Shown: positions 39,167 through 48,928 of the stretch, piece after piece
Numbering within the stretch: position 1 is the first letter of the stretch
Layout: each line of letters begins with the position of its first letter
Assembly (NCBI GenBank): GCA_963706955.1
Contig: CAVPOC010000008.1
Span: forward strand, 160,001 to 224,000
Origin: an uncultured Verrucomicrobiae bacterium
GTDB lineage: Bacteria; Verrucomicrobiota; Verrucomicrobiia; Chthoniobacterales; Terrimicrobiaceae
DNA: 64,000 nt
Reading direction: 5' to 3'
The notes under the pieces: model-generated
What the model was told of the DNA's origin: nothing
What the model saw: the letters and a program-made list of their open reading frames with translations, nothing else
Database searches by the model: none
Program-made: the position numbers and the translations under genes

Positions 39167-39973
39167 CTAATCCGCCTGGAATTCGGAAAACGCCTCCACC
39201 GCGAAGCTAACGACCGGTTCTGCTTTTCCCTTCACGTATTCGGAGGGCAGTTCCCGCAATTTGAAGCGTCCGTCGAGCGCGGCGCGAACATCGGCGCTGA
39301 TCAAGATACCGACGCCATGCTTGCGGGTGAGGCTTTCAATGCGCGCGGCAGTATTCACGACATCGCCGATGACGGTGTATTCGAGATTCTCCCGCGAACC
39401 GACCACGCCCGCGACCACATTTCCGCTGTGAACTCCGATCCGCACATCCAGTGGAGGAAGGCCTTCGTTTCGCAGATCCTCATTGTAAGCGCTAATGCTA
39501 TCGCGCAAAGCGACCGCGGCGATGACGGCATCCATCGCATGCCAGGCATTGCTTTCTGGCGCGCCGAAGATTGCCATTACCCCGTCGCCAATGAACTTGG
39601 CCACGTGACCGCCATGATGCGTCACGGCGGTGCTGGCAGCTTCGAAGTAGCCATTAAGAATGCGGACGAGGGTTTCCGGGCTCAAAGTTTCGCTCAAGGC
39701 TGTAAATTCGACGATATCCGCGAAAAGGACGGTTACTTGCCGAGTCTCACCGGAGGTCGACACCCCGCGCTTGATCACCTCCTCGACGACACGTTGCGGC
39801 GCGAATTGATGAAAGGCCTGCTGTAAATTCTGCAGATCGACGGTCGCCTTTTCACGGGCTGCCCAAAGAAGATTCGCTCTCCTTTTCACACGAAAAAGAG
39901 AGATGGCGATGGCCGCGTTGAGGAGGACCGATGCGGCGGCGATACCGATCAAGGCCCTGGACCATTTCAACAT
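39167..39973 (-). CDS. Class III adenylate cyclase with a single N-terminal TM
   Basis: LFADIVEFT, KFIGDGVM, EYTVIGDVVNTAARIE; the ATG overlaps the upstream stop (ATGTTGA). Confidence 0.9.
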   Translation of the reverse strand: MLKWSRALIGIAAASVLLNAAIAISLFRVKRRANLLWAAREKATVDLQNLQQAFHQFAPQRVVEEVIKRGVSTSGETRQVTVLFADIVEFTALSETLSPETLVRILNGYFEAASTAVTHHGGHVAKFIGDGVMAIFGAPESNAWHAMDAVIAAVALRDSISAYNEDLRNEGLPPLDVRIGVHSGNVVAGVVGSRENLEYTVIGDVVNTAARIESLTRKHGVGILISADVRAALDGRFKLRELPSEYVKGKAEPVVSFAVEAFSEFQAD

Positions 39974-41052
39974 CGGTGGAGCAGAATACTCATGCGCGCG
40001 AGACCATTGGCGTAGCATATCAACCCAATGACCTCGAGCACCACCTCCCGCTTTATCCCAGCGGCAAAGGTCTGGGCAACCTCTTGCAATCGCCTGGTTT
40101 GGTAGCGAACTGTCTCGCGGGCGAAACCCAAAACCTTTTGTTCAAAGGAATTTAGTTTCGGCGACGTCAGATAGCTTAGCACGTGCTGGATCTCCGGATC
40201 GGTCCAGCCGTCGCCGCGGAGAGCTTCGGTCGCTTCGGCTTCGCAAGCCTGACACCCGAGACCACGGGCCACCACCGCAAAGATAAGCGCCTTTACCCGT
40301 CTTGAAGTAATGGTGGAATTCCAGGCTCCATTGAGAACCGTAGCGAGCGCTGCGCTCGCCGGAGAACCTTCCAATGCCCGAACAATGCCGGCACCGGGAC
40401 CACTGAATTCAGCAGGATACGGAACGCTTTGAACGGAAGAAAGCGCCGTGCGAAATTCCTTTCGGGTGAACGGTCGTTTCAACTTGTCGAACCAGTTTGC
40501 GTCGATTTCTTCCAATTGAGAGGGTGGCACGGCGAGCAGCGTCGCCAGCCTGTTTCCCCCCGCATTAAGACCGGCAAGATAGGCTATTTCGGCGATCTCG
40601 AGCTGCGAATAACCGGCGGCCGTGAGTTCGCGCAGGTCGCTTTCTGACGGACGCGGCGCCGACCGGGAGACCTTGCGAGCAAATTCCAAGGCTGCTTGCT
40701 CCTTGTTCGTCAGTTGGTTGGTGGCGAAACTCTCTTCCAATTCTCGAATCAAACCTTCGGGATAGCCCAAAATCTTCAACATGCTTCGGAATGCGCCATA
40801 ACAATGTCGACAAGAGCTATCCATTGCCACAACCATGCTGATGAAAGCTCTCAAAGGGACTGAGATACCCGGAGTGACGCGAGCTTCCCCGATTTGTTCC
40901 GCATCCATCAACCAGCGAACCGGGGTAAGATACTTCGCCAGGTTCGAGGCGAAGCCGAAGCGCCTGACGACTTCCCTTTCCCAGGCCGGATCCGCAATTG
41001 CCGGCAGCAACGGGACGTCGCACCAATCAATTTGGTCGAGCGAGTAAGCCAT
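39967..41052 (-). CDS. Double AhpD/CMD-fold protein, paralog 1 (361 aa)
   Basis: Two CxxC motifs (SSCRHC, LGCQAC), each followed by an AhpD-like helix pattern (EQAALEFARK...GYSQLEIAEI; EQKVLGFARE). Confidence 0.8.
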   Translation of the reverse strand: MAYSLDQIDWCDVPLLPAIADPAWEREVVRRFGFASNLAKYLTPVRWLMDAEQIGEARVTPGISVPLRAFISMVVAMDSSCRHCYGAFRSMLKILGYPEGLIRELEESFATNQLTNKEQAALEFARKVSRSAPRPSESDLRELTAAGYSQLEIAEIAYLAGLNAGGNRLATLLAVPPSQLEEIDANWFDKLKRPFTRKEFRTALSSVQSVPYPAEFSGPGAGIVRALEGSPASAALATVLNGAWNSTITSRRVKALIFAVVARGLGCQACEAEATEALRGDGWTDPEIQHVLSYLTSPKLNSFEQKVLGFARETVRYQTRRLQEVAQTFAAGIKREVVLEVIGLICYANGLARMSILLHRC

Positions 41053-41357
41053 CGCATCGACACTTAACAGCCAGCGCAACAGGCAAGCAACAGGAACCAT
41101 TAAACTTTAAGGTTTGTCCGCCCGACTCGCAAGGGCGCCTAACACCCGCAGATCAATAGCTCGCCCTCGGAAGTTTCACGCCGCAGTTAGGCTCCCAATC
41201 ATCTCGAGGCTTGGGTCTGTCGGGTGGCGTAGCCGGGCGTCCGCCTCTGCGCGTTCAGAGTTTCCGACGGCCGATCCGCCTCAGAGAGACCGGAGCGGCT
41301 CGGGTCGTTCGATGGCGAAGGACGAAACGGCGATGCCGATGGAATCCCGAAACGAAT

Positions 41358-42443
41358 TCAGCATCGATGGAGCAGGATGCTCATGCGCGCGACGCCGTTA
41401 GCATAGCTTACCAAACCAATGATCTCCAGCACCAGCTCCCGTTCAAGTCCCTTTGCAAAACCCTGCGCGAGTTCTTGCAGTCGCCGGGTCTGATAGCGAA
41501 CCGTCTCCCTGGCGAAACTCAACACCTTGCGTTCGAAAGGGTCGAGTTTGTTGGAGGTCAGGTAAGTTAGAACGTGCTTAATCTCCGGGTCGGTCCAGCC
41601 TTCGGCGCGAAGAACTTCGGTGGCTTCGGATTCACACGCCTGACAGCCGAGACCACGGGCAACCACCGCGAAAATCAGCGCCTTGACGCGCTTTGAAGTT
41701 ATGGTGGAATTCCACCCGCCATGGAGAATCGTCGCCAGCGCGGCGCCTGCCGGCGAACCTTCCAGAGCTCGAACAATCCCGGCACCCGGACCAATCGATC
41801 CCGCCGGAAAAGGCATGTTGACCACGTAAGAGAGCGCCGTCCGGAATTCTTTTCGCGTGAACGGCCGTTTTAACCTTTCGAACCAATTTGCGTCGATTTC
41901 TTCGAGCGGGTCTGGCGGCAAAGCGAGCAGGGTGGCCAGGCGGTTACCCGCGGCATTGATAGCCGCCAGATAGGCGATCTCAGCGATCTCGAGCTGTGAA
42001 AAGCCTACGGCCTTTAATTCTCGCAGGTCGCTTTCTCCTGGGCGCGGCGCTGACCGGGAGATCTTGCGTGCGAACTCCAGAGCGGCTTGCTCCTTGTTCG
42101 TCAGTTCGTCGCCGGCAAGACTCTCTTCCAATTTTCGGATTACACCCTCGGGATATCCCAAGATCTTCAACATGCTTCGAAATGCGCCGTAGCAATGTCG
42201 ACACGAGCTATCCATCGCTACTGCCATGCTGATGAAAGCCCGCAAGGGAACGGAGATGCTCGGTGTCACCCGAGCCTCGACGAGTTGCTCCGCCTCCATC
42301 AACCAGCGAACCGGGGTAAGAAATTTTAGCACGTTCGATGCAAAGCCGAAGCGTCTAACAATTTCCCTTTCCCAGGCCGGATCCGGAACCGCCGGGAGCA
42401 AGGGAACCTCACACCAATCAATCTGCTCAAGCAACGAAGCCAT
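41358..42443 (-). CDS. Double AhpD/CMD-fold protein, paralog 2 (361 aa)
   Basis: Gap-free alignment to paralog 1, about 80% identical by manual count. Confidence 0.8.
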   Translation of the reverse strand: MASLLEQIDWCEVPLLPAVPDPAWEREIVRRFGFASNVLKFLTPVRWLMEAEQLVEARVTPSISVPLRAFISMAVAMDSSCRHCYGAFRSMLKILGYPEGVIRKLEESLAGDELTNKEQAALEFARKISRSAPRPGESDLRELKAVGFSQLEIAEIAYLAAINAAGNRLATLLALPPDPLEEIDANWFERLKRPFTRKEFRTALSYVVNMPFPAGSIGPGAGIVRALEGSPAGAALATILHGGWNSTITSKRVKALIFAVVARGLGCQACESEATEVLRAEGWTDPEIKHVLTYLTSNKLDPFERKVLSFARETVRYQTRRLQELAQGFAKGLERELVLEIIGLVSYANGVARMSILLHRC

Positions 42444-42552
42444 TCGTTTCGTACTTAACAGCGAGCGCCGCCGGCAAGCAAACAGGAAGCGTTAATGTTC
42501 ACCGCACGCAGCGTGCATCCCTGGACCCGCGGCGCTGGCTCAAACCACGAGA

Positions 42553-42858
42553 TCAATAACTGGCATCGGGAGGGTCGATATTGGCAAACTTCACACCACG
42601 TCGCGGATCCGCCATCATCTCGGCTACAGTATCTCGCCAGGTGGCGTAGTGTGGCGTCCGTTTGTGCGCCTCCGGAGCTTCCGGCGTCCGGTACGCCTCA
42701 GAGAGAACAAAGCAGGTTGGGTCGTCGGATTGTTGAAGGACGTCGAATCGGGCAATTCCCGTTTCGTTTCGGCTCGCCTGAGCATTGGCCAACGTCGCTG
42801 CCATGAATGCCTCCACCTGATCGGGCTTAACTTTGACGTGAACGTGAACAACCAGCAT
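42553..42858 (-). CDS. ABM family protein (LsrG/quinol monooxygenase-like)
   Basis: VHVKVKP...NAQASRNETG..RFDV...EAY...AHKRTPHY. Confidence 0.85.
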   Translation of the reverse strand: MLVVHVHVKVKPDQVEAFMAATLANAQASRNETGIARFDVLQQSDDPTCFVLSEAYRTPEAPEAHKRTPHYATWRDTVAEMMADPRRGVKFANIDPPDASY

Positions 42859-42981
42859 GCAGCCAGGATAGCTCTCAGGCTGCCGATCGAAAGGAGAAAC
42901 TGGCGGCTAAACAGCTCCAGCTTCTTCCCAAGCCCACCGGGAGCTCTAGACGCAGCCGAGAAAACCGATAACATCGAGCGC

Positions 42982-43824
42982 ATGGCAGTGGCGGCCGCGA
43001 CGACTTCTTCCAGGCGGCCGAGCGTCCCGAAAAAGTACGGTCCCACGCGGGTTGAGCGCTGGGTCTTCGGACTCTGGACCGCGCTGGTCTTTGCGTTTCT
43101 TTACATACCGATCCTGCTTCTGATTGTCTTTTCGTTCAACAGCTCGCGTCTAAACATTCGCTGGGAGGGATTCTCCTTAAAGTGGTATGCGGCTCTTCTC
43201 GAGAACCGCGCCCTGCTGACCGCCTTTCAGAACAGCTTGATCGTGGCAGCGGTGACCACCATTCTGGCCACTCTGCTGGGCACGATGGGCGCGTGGATGC
43301 TCTACCGCTATCGCTTTCCATTCCAGCGCACGATCGGCTTTCTCATTTTCATCCCGATGGTGATCCCTGAAGTGCTCATGGGAGCGAGCTTACTGGCGGA
43401 ATTTGTCCACCTTCTTAAGCTGCCGCTTGGCTATACGACGCTCATTATTGCACACACCACTTTTTGTTTTCCGTTTGTGCTGGTCGGGATCCAGGCGCGG
43501 CTCCACGGTTTAGATCCCTTCCTTGAAGAGGCTGCCCTCGACCTGGGAGCGACGCCGGTTCAGGCCTTTCGGCTCATCATCGTTCCCTATCTCACGCCCG
43601 CGATTGTCGCCGGCGCGCTCATGTCCTTTACCCTCTCGCTGGACGAATACATCGTCTCAGTATTCACCACCGGCCCGCATTCCCAGACGCTCCCCCTCAA
43701 GGTTTATGGGATGGCGAAAGTCGGCCTTAATCCCCAGCTGAACGCCCTCAGCACGATTTTTGTCATCGCAACGGTCGTGCTTGTTTTGTTGAGTGAGCTG
43801 CTCGCTCGCAGAAAAAGTTCATGA
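42982..43824 (+). CDS. potC: Spermidine/putrescine ABC transporter permease
   Basis: FLYIPI...FSFN, LEEAALDLGA, FTLSLD, TLP. Confidence 0.9.
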   Translation: MAVAAATTSSRRPSVPKKYGPTRVERWVFGLWTALVFAFLYIPILLLIVFSFNSSRLNIRWEGFSLKWYAALLENRALLTAFQNSLIVAAVTTILATLLGTMGAWMLYRYRFPFQRTIGFLIFIPMVIPEVLMGASLLAEFVHLLKLPLGYTTLIIAHTTFCFPFVLVGIQARLHGLDPFLEEAALDLGATPVQAFRLIIVPYLTPAIVAGALMSFTLSLDEYIVSVFTTGPHSQTLPLKVYGMAKVGLNPQLNALSTIFVIATVVLVLLSELLARRKSS

Positions 43825-44954
43825 AAGAAGTCGCTCGTCATGTGGTATTGCCATTTTTCGCGGTCCTCGCGCTCTTCGGTTGCGAGAAAACGCCCGCACC
43901 GCCTTCTGCCAGCCCACCGGCTACGCCCAGCCCGGCTACAGCCAACCTCGCATCGCCGGCGACCTTGCCAGCAAGCGAATCCGGCGACGCCGAGAAGACT
44001 CTCCACATTTTCTGCTGGTCGGAGTATATCCCGCAGCAGATCGTCGATGCGTTCAGCGAAGAGAGCGGCCTCAAGGTATCGGTGGAGACCTATTCCTCCA
44101 ACGAGGAGATGCTCGCCAAGCTATTCGCTGGAGGTGGCAATTATGACATTATCCAACCGAGCGAGTATGTGATCGAAGGGTTGATCAAGGAGGGCCTGCT
44201 CACCCCCATTGATCACGCGAGAATGCCGAACATGAAGAATCTCGCCCCCGAGTTTACGAACATGTCATTTGATCCCGGCAACAAATATTCGGTTCCTTAC
44301 ATGGCCGGAACCGTGGGCATCGTTGTGAATTCCGAGTTGGTTCAGGACGACATTAAGGGTTACAACGACGTCTTCCAGGAGAAGTTTGCCAAGAACATCG
44401 TCATTCTCGATGACGCGCGAGAGATCGTCAGCTGGGGACTCGAAAGTCTGGGAATTCCGGTCAACGAAGTCTCGGACGAGAATTTGGCCAAGGTAAAGCC
44501 GGTCCTGGAGACATGGCTCCCCCTCGTCAAGGTCTTCGATTCGGATAGCCCGAAAACAGCGCTTCTCAATGGAGATGTCGCCCTGGGAATCGTCTGGGCG
44601 GGCGAGGGCGCCATATTGCTCAACGAGGATGAGAAGTTTAAGTGGATCGTCCCGGCGGACGGCGCACATCTTTTTGTCGACAGTCTGGCAATTCCGAAAT
44701 CCGCGAAGCACGTGCAGAACGCCGAGTTGTTCATCAACTACGTGCTCCGACCGGAAGTGAGCGCCAAAATTTCCGAGGCGTTTCCGTACTTGAACCCAAA
44801 CGTTGCGGCGCGCGAGCTGCTTACGCCGGCGCAGCGCAAGAATCCCGCCAGCTACCCAACCGCTGATCAGCTCGCCAACATGCAAACGTTCAAGGATGTC
44901 GGCGAACAAGCCACCAAGATCGACGAACTGGTGACCTCGTTGAAAGCGCAATGA
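43821..44954 (+). CDS. potD: Spermidine/putrescine ABC substrate-binding lipoprotein
   Basis: Lipobox LFGC; WSEYI, SNEEMLAKL, YDIIQPS, DPGNKYSVPY. Confidence 0.9.
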   Translation: MKEVARHVVLPFFAVLALFGCEKTPAPPSASPPATPSPATANLASPATLPASESGDAEKTLHIFCWSEYIPQQIVDAFSEESGLKVSVETYSSNEEMLAKLFAGGGNYDIIQPSEYVIEGLIKEGLLTPIDHARMPNMKNLAPEFTNMSFDPGNKYSVPYMAGTVGIVVNSELVQDDIKGYNDVFQEKFAKNIVILDDAREIVSWGLESLGIPVNEVSDENLAKVKPVLETWLPLVKVFDSDSPKTALLNGDVALGIVWAGEGAILLNEDEKFKWIVPADGAHLFVDSLAIPKSAKHVQNAELFINYVLRPEVSAKISEAFPYLNPNVAARELLTPAQRKNPASYPTADQLANMQTFKDVGEQATKIDELVTSLKAQ

Positions 44955-44955
44955 G

Positions 44956-45837
44956 ATGATAGCTTCTGATCGAGCAGCATCAAGCCAAGCCGCCGCCATC
45001 TTCAAAAGGCGTCCGGGTCTGGTGGCCTGGCTTGTGCTCGCGCCGCTGCTCGCTTGGCTGGTCCTCTTCGTCATCGTTCCAACAATCATGCTCGTCCTCC
45101 TGAGCCTCGGTGAGCAGAAGGGCCTGGGAACCGTCCATTTCACTTTCACTCTGAAAAACTATGTGCGGGCTCTCGATTGGACGTGGCTAAAGGTGTTGGT
45201 TATCTCGGTGGGATATGCCCTGGTGACCACTGGGATTTGCATGGTGATTGGCTTTCCGGCGGCATACTTTATCGGGCGTTCGTCGGAACCACTTCGCAAC
45301 GTCCTTCTCACTCTTGTGATGATCCCGTTTTGGACCAGCTTTCTGATCCGCACCTACGCGTGGATCACGATTCTAAGCAAAGAAGGGGTCCTCAATGCCC
45401 TCCTGGTCTCGGCACGAATTATTCCTGAGCCGATCGGAATTCTCTACACTCCCTTCGCCGCGGTGCTGGGATTGGTTTACAATTTCCTGCCCTTCATGAT
45501 TCTGCCGATCTACACGAGCGTCGAGCGGTTGGACAGCGCGGTAATCGAAGCGGCTTATGATCTCGGCGCGAGCCCTTTGCGCGCCTTTTCACAGGTGATC
45601 ATTCCCCTCACCCAGCCCGGTATCGTCGCTGGCGCGCTTCTGGTCTTTGTTCCCTCGATTGCCATGTTCGCGATCACAAATCTGATGGGCGGAGGCGACC
45701 CCCCGACGATCGGCGATGTCATTTACAAACAGTTTACCTCAGGCCGTAATCAGCCCTTTGGAGCTGCCCTGGGTTGTCTGCTCCTTCTCATCTTCTTCCT
45801 CTCGCTCTGGATGACCCGGCGACATCGAGCGGAATAG
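44956..45837 (+). CDS. potB: Spermidine/putrescine ABC transporter permease
   Basis: IPFWTSFLIRTYAW, LPFMILPIY, EAAYDLGA. Confidence 0.9.
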   Translation: MIASDRAASSQAAAIFKRRPGLVAWLVLAPLLAWLVLFVIVPTIMLVLLSLGEQKGLGTVHFTFTLKNYVRALDWTWLKVLVISVGYALVTTGICMVIGFPAAYFIGRSSEPLRNVLLTLVMIPFWTSFLIRTYAWITILSKEGVLNALLVSARIIPEPIGILYTPFAAVLGLVYNFLPFMILPIYTSVERLDSAVIEAAYDLGASPLRAFSQVIIPLTQPGIVAGALLVFVPSIAMFAITNLMGGGDPPTIGDVIYKQFTSGRNQPFGAALGCLLLLIFFLSLWMTRRHRAE

Positions 45838-45909
45838 GTCCTGCTTCCCCTCCCATACGTCACGCAAAATTCCCTGCACAAAAAATCGACTCTCTGGTCA
45901 ACGACAGCC

Positions 45910-47313
45910 ATGCGCAAAACAAAAATCATCTGCACACTCGGGCCCGCCACCGATTCCCCCGAAAGGCTTCGCGCCTTGATTATGGCGGGAGCAAACATCT
46001 TCCGCCTCAACATGAGCCACGCCCCCCACGAATGGGTGCGGACAGTAGTTAAGGACATTCGTAAGATTTCCACTGAGCTGGGCGTCATGACTGGCATCCT
46101 CCTCGATACACAGGGACCAGCGATTCGGACGGGCGACTTGCCAACCAAGCTCAACCTTCGACCCGGCGATATTTTTGATTTCACTGTGCGCGGCGAAAAG
46201 AGCGAGGATGTGCATTCGGTTGACGTCAACTATGAAGGGCTCGTCAACGACATTTCCGTAGGCGACGTTGTGCTAGTCGACAATGGCGTGATCCACATGA
46301 AAGTCCTTTCCAAGGACTATCATCGCATTCGCTGCCAAGTGCTCACCGAGGGGGTCCTGGGATCGCGGCGTCATATCAACCTGCCCGGAGTCAAGGTCAA
46401 CTTGCCGCCTCTTACCGAGAAGGACCTTGCCGATGTCGAACTCGGAGTCTCCGTCGGAGTTGACTACGTGGCTTTGAGTTTTTGCCGTCAAGCTTCAGAC
46501 ATCGAGGCCCTTAGACGGGTGCTCGGCGAGTTGGGTAGCCAGGCGCGAGTCATCGCCAAAATCGAGGATCAGCATGCCGTTAGCGTAATCGACGACATTA
46601 TGGAAAAGTGCGACGCGATCATGATTGCACGGGGCGACCTTGGCATCGAGTGTCCGATGGAAGAACTCCCGATCATCCAACGGCGGACGGTGATGAGGTG
46701 CATTCAGACGGGTCGACAGGTAATCGTCGCCACCCACATGCTCGAGTCGATGATCGAAAATCCAGTTCCGACGCGCGCAGAAATCACTGATGTAGCGAAC
46801 GCCGTCTTCGAGCAGGCGGACGCGATCATGCTGAGCGGTGAGACCACGGTCGGAAAGTATCCCGTTGAATGCGTGCAGGTATTTGATCGCGTCGCAAAGA
46901 GAATGGAGCAAACGGGCGGGGCGGGCTTTCACCGTGAGGCTGAGACGACAAGCATTCGCCATAAGGCCGTCCGTGCCGCGGTGGAACTGGCTAACTCGCT
47001 GCCGGACTCAAAGATTGTCGTCTTCACGCGGCGCGGCTTCATGGCCGACCACTTCAGTCAGATGCGACCGGCGCAGGCTCCGATCTATGCGTTCACCCCC
47101 AGCGAAGAGGTGGCTCGCCGTCTCACCTTGAATTGGGCGACGATTCCCATCGTGATGCGATTCGATCTCGATCCCGAGCACACTGTCGCGGAAGCAGAAA
47201 AACTCTTGCTCAACCGTGGACTTGCCCAAATTGGCACACAGCTGGTTGTTTTAACCGACATTCTCACCGGCAACGAGCGCTACGATTCCATTCAGCTGCG
47301 CCGCGTCGTCTAG
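45910..47313 (+). CDS. pyk: Pyruvate kinase
   Basis: RKTKIICTLGPA, RLNMSH, IAKIE, ARGDLG, MLSGET. Confidence 0.97.
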   Translation: MRKTKIICTLGPATDSPERLRALIMAGANIFRLNMSHAPHEWVRTVVKDIRKISTELGVMTGILLDTQGPAIRTGDLPTKLNLRPGDIFDFTVRGEKSEDVHSVDVNYEGLVNDISVGDVVLVDNGVIHMKVLSKDYHRIRCQVLTEGVLGSRRHINLPGVKVNLPPLTEKDLADVELGVSVGVDYVALSFCRQASDIEALRRVLGELGSQARVIAKIEDQHAVSVIDDIMEKCDAIMIARGDLGIECPMEELPIIQRRTVMRCIQTGRQVIVATHMLESMIENPVPTRAEITDVANAVFEQADAIMLSGETTVGKYPVECVQVFDRVAKRMEQTGGAGFHREAETTSIRHKAVRAAVELANSLPDSKIVVFTRRGFMADHFSQMRPAQAPIYAFTPSEEVARRLTLNWATIPIVMRFDLDPEHTVAEAEKLLLNRGLAQIGTQLVVLTDILTGNERYDSIQLRRVV

Positions 47314-47332
47314 GGTCCAGGAGACGCTCGGA

Positions 47333-47983
47333 TCACGTCACCCTCGAGGAACGCCATATTCTTTTGATTATCCGCTCCGGAAAACTCGGGAGGCCATAGC
47401 CATTCAGCCGTGCGAGAAGATATCCGGCGACACAGCCGCCCAAATGAGCAGCATGTCCAATCCACGGCTCGAAACCGAGAAGCAAAAACAACAAGGATGA
47501 TCCGATGAGACCCCAAGCAAGATATTTCGCGCGCAGGCGCAAGGGGATGACGAAAAAGAGCAGCATCACGATTTGCGCCTCGGGGAATATTGTGGCAAAG
47601 GCTAGGATGACACCACAGACTGCGCCGGACGCACCGAGCAAAAGGGACCTCCCTCCGTCCAAGAGGAGTTGGGCGATTCCTCCGGCGAGCGCGCAAGCAA
47701 AGTAGAGAGCAACAAACCGGCCTGTTCCCATTACCCGCTCGACGATCCGTCCCGCAAACCAAAGTCCGGCCATATTAAAAAGCAGATGCCAGATATTCCC
47801 ATGCAAGAACGCGTGTGTGATCAGTTGCCACCAGGCGCCCTGCTCCACGCCTTGACTGCTTAAGCCATAGCGCTCCAGCAGTGTTTCGTTGAAATCGGGT
47901 CTGAGCAGCTGAAAAAGAAAAACCCCGCAGTTCACGGCGATGAGAACCCCTACCGCGCTAATCCGCCTCCCGCTTTGCGTCAT
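47333..47983 (-). CDS. Rhomboid intramembrane serine protease
   Basis: HAFLH..WHLLFNM, GASG, AHLGG. Confidence 0.95.
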   Translation of the reverse strand: MTQSGRRISAVGVLIAVNCGVFLFQLLRPDFNETLLERYGLSSQGVEQGAWWQLITHAFLHGNIWHLLFNMAGLWFAGRIVERVMGTGRFVALYFACALAGGIAQLLLDGGRSLLLGASGAVCGVILAFATIFPEAQIVMLLFFVIPLRLRAKYLAWGLIGSSLLFLLLGFEPWIGHAAHLGGCVAGYLLARLNGYGLPSFPERIIKRIWRSSRVT

Positions 47984-47992
47984 CGGCGAAAC

Positions 47993-48892
47993 TTATGCGG
48001 ATTTGTTTGCCGTGTCCAATTCCGGCGGGACAAGAACCTCCAGCTTCCCGGCAGAGAAGCCAAACTCGTATGGCAGGGTTCCAGTGAGCTCGCCATCAAT
48101 TTCCACGGGCACGGGCTCACGACTGGTCAGCCGAAGGCCCCGACTCTGAAAGTACTCGACATCAGGAAGCGCGGGATGATTGCCGAAAGCAATCGCCTGA
48201 AAATAGCGGATCAAATCCCAATGACTTCGATTTTGAAAAACCAACACATCGAGCAGCCCGTCATCCAGTCGTGCGTCCTTAAAAACGACAAAGGGACCAC
48301 CGTAGAATCGCCCGTTTCCGACGAGCACGAAGCTTCCCTCGCGTGCGGCACTATCGACCGGCTCGATGCAAATTTTCGGAGGCTGGCGAGCGGCCACTTG
48401 GGCGAGCGTCAGCAGGTAGCTCACCGGGCCGAGCACTTTTTTAGAATCCGGAGTGGTTTGCCGGACCACTTCGGCATCGAGACCGACTCCGGCGAGTTGA
48501 ACAAAATATTCGTGGTTGGCCCGTGGGAGATCGACCAAGCGCGAATAGCCCGCTTCGATCACCTGCCAGGCCTTGGCAAGATTGTTTTGGGGAATACCCA
48601 ATTCGGCGGCGAAGACGTTCATCGTGCCGACTGGGAGGATGCCAAAATGAACGGCTGCGCCTCCGATGCCATTGACTACTTCGTTGATTGTTCCGTCCCC
48701 ACCAGCGGCAACAATGGTGCCATATCCTTGGTGCACCGCGCGGGCGGCAAGGCCTCGGGCGTCGCCCGGGGAGCCGGTACTTCGCACGAGCACATGGTGC
48801 GAGAGCGCCGCAATCTTGTCGCGCAAGGCTTTGGCGCGTTCGCCGCGGGCCGCCGGATTCAAAATGACAAGGATTTTGTGCTTCTTGTTCAC
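47993..48892 (-). CDS. Diacylglycerol/lipid kinase family protein
   Basis: NPAARG, GGDGTINEV, PVGTMN, GRFYGG, IDGE. Confidence 0.95.
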   Translation of the reverse strand: MNKKHKILVILNPAARGERAKALRDKIAALSHHVLVRSTGSPGDARGLAARAVHQGYGTIVAAGGDGTINEVVNGIGGAAVHFGILPVGTMNVFAAELGIPQNNLAKAWQVIEAGYSRLVDLPRANHEYFVQLAGVGLDAEVVRQTTPDSKKVLGPVSYLLTLAQVAARQPPKICIEPVDSAAREGSFVLVGNGRFYGGPFVVFKDARLDDGLLDVLVFQNRSHWDLIRYFQAIAFGNHPALPDVEYFQSRGLRLTSREPVPVEIDGELTGTLPYEFGFSAGKLEVLVPPELDTANKSA

Positions 48893-48928
48893 GCTTCACA
48901 TTCCGGAAAAGTTTCGTAGCTTCCCCGC

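Noticed and set aside
42649..42981. N-terminal extension of PotC (likewise extensions of psd, rhodanese and ridA)
   Set aside because: Overlap divergent or upstream real genes; the downstream starts fit the families.
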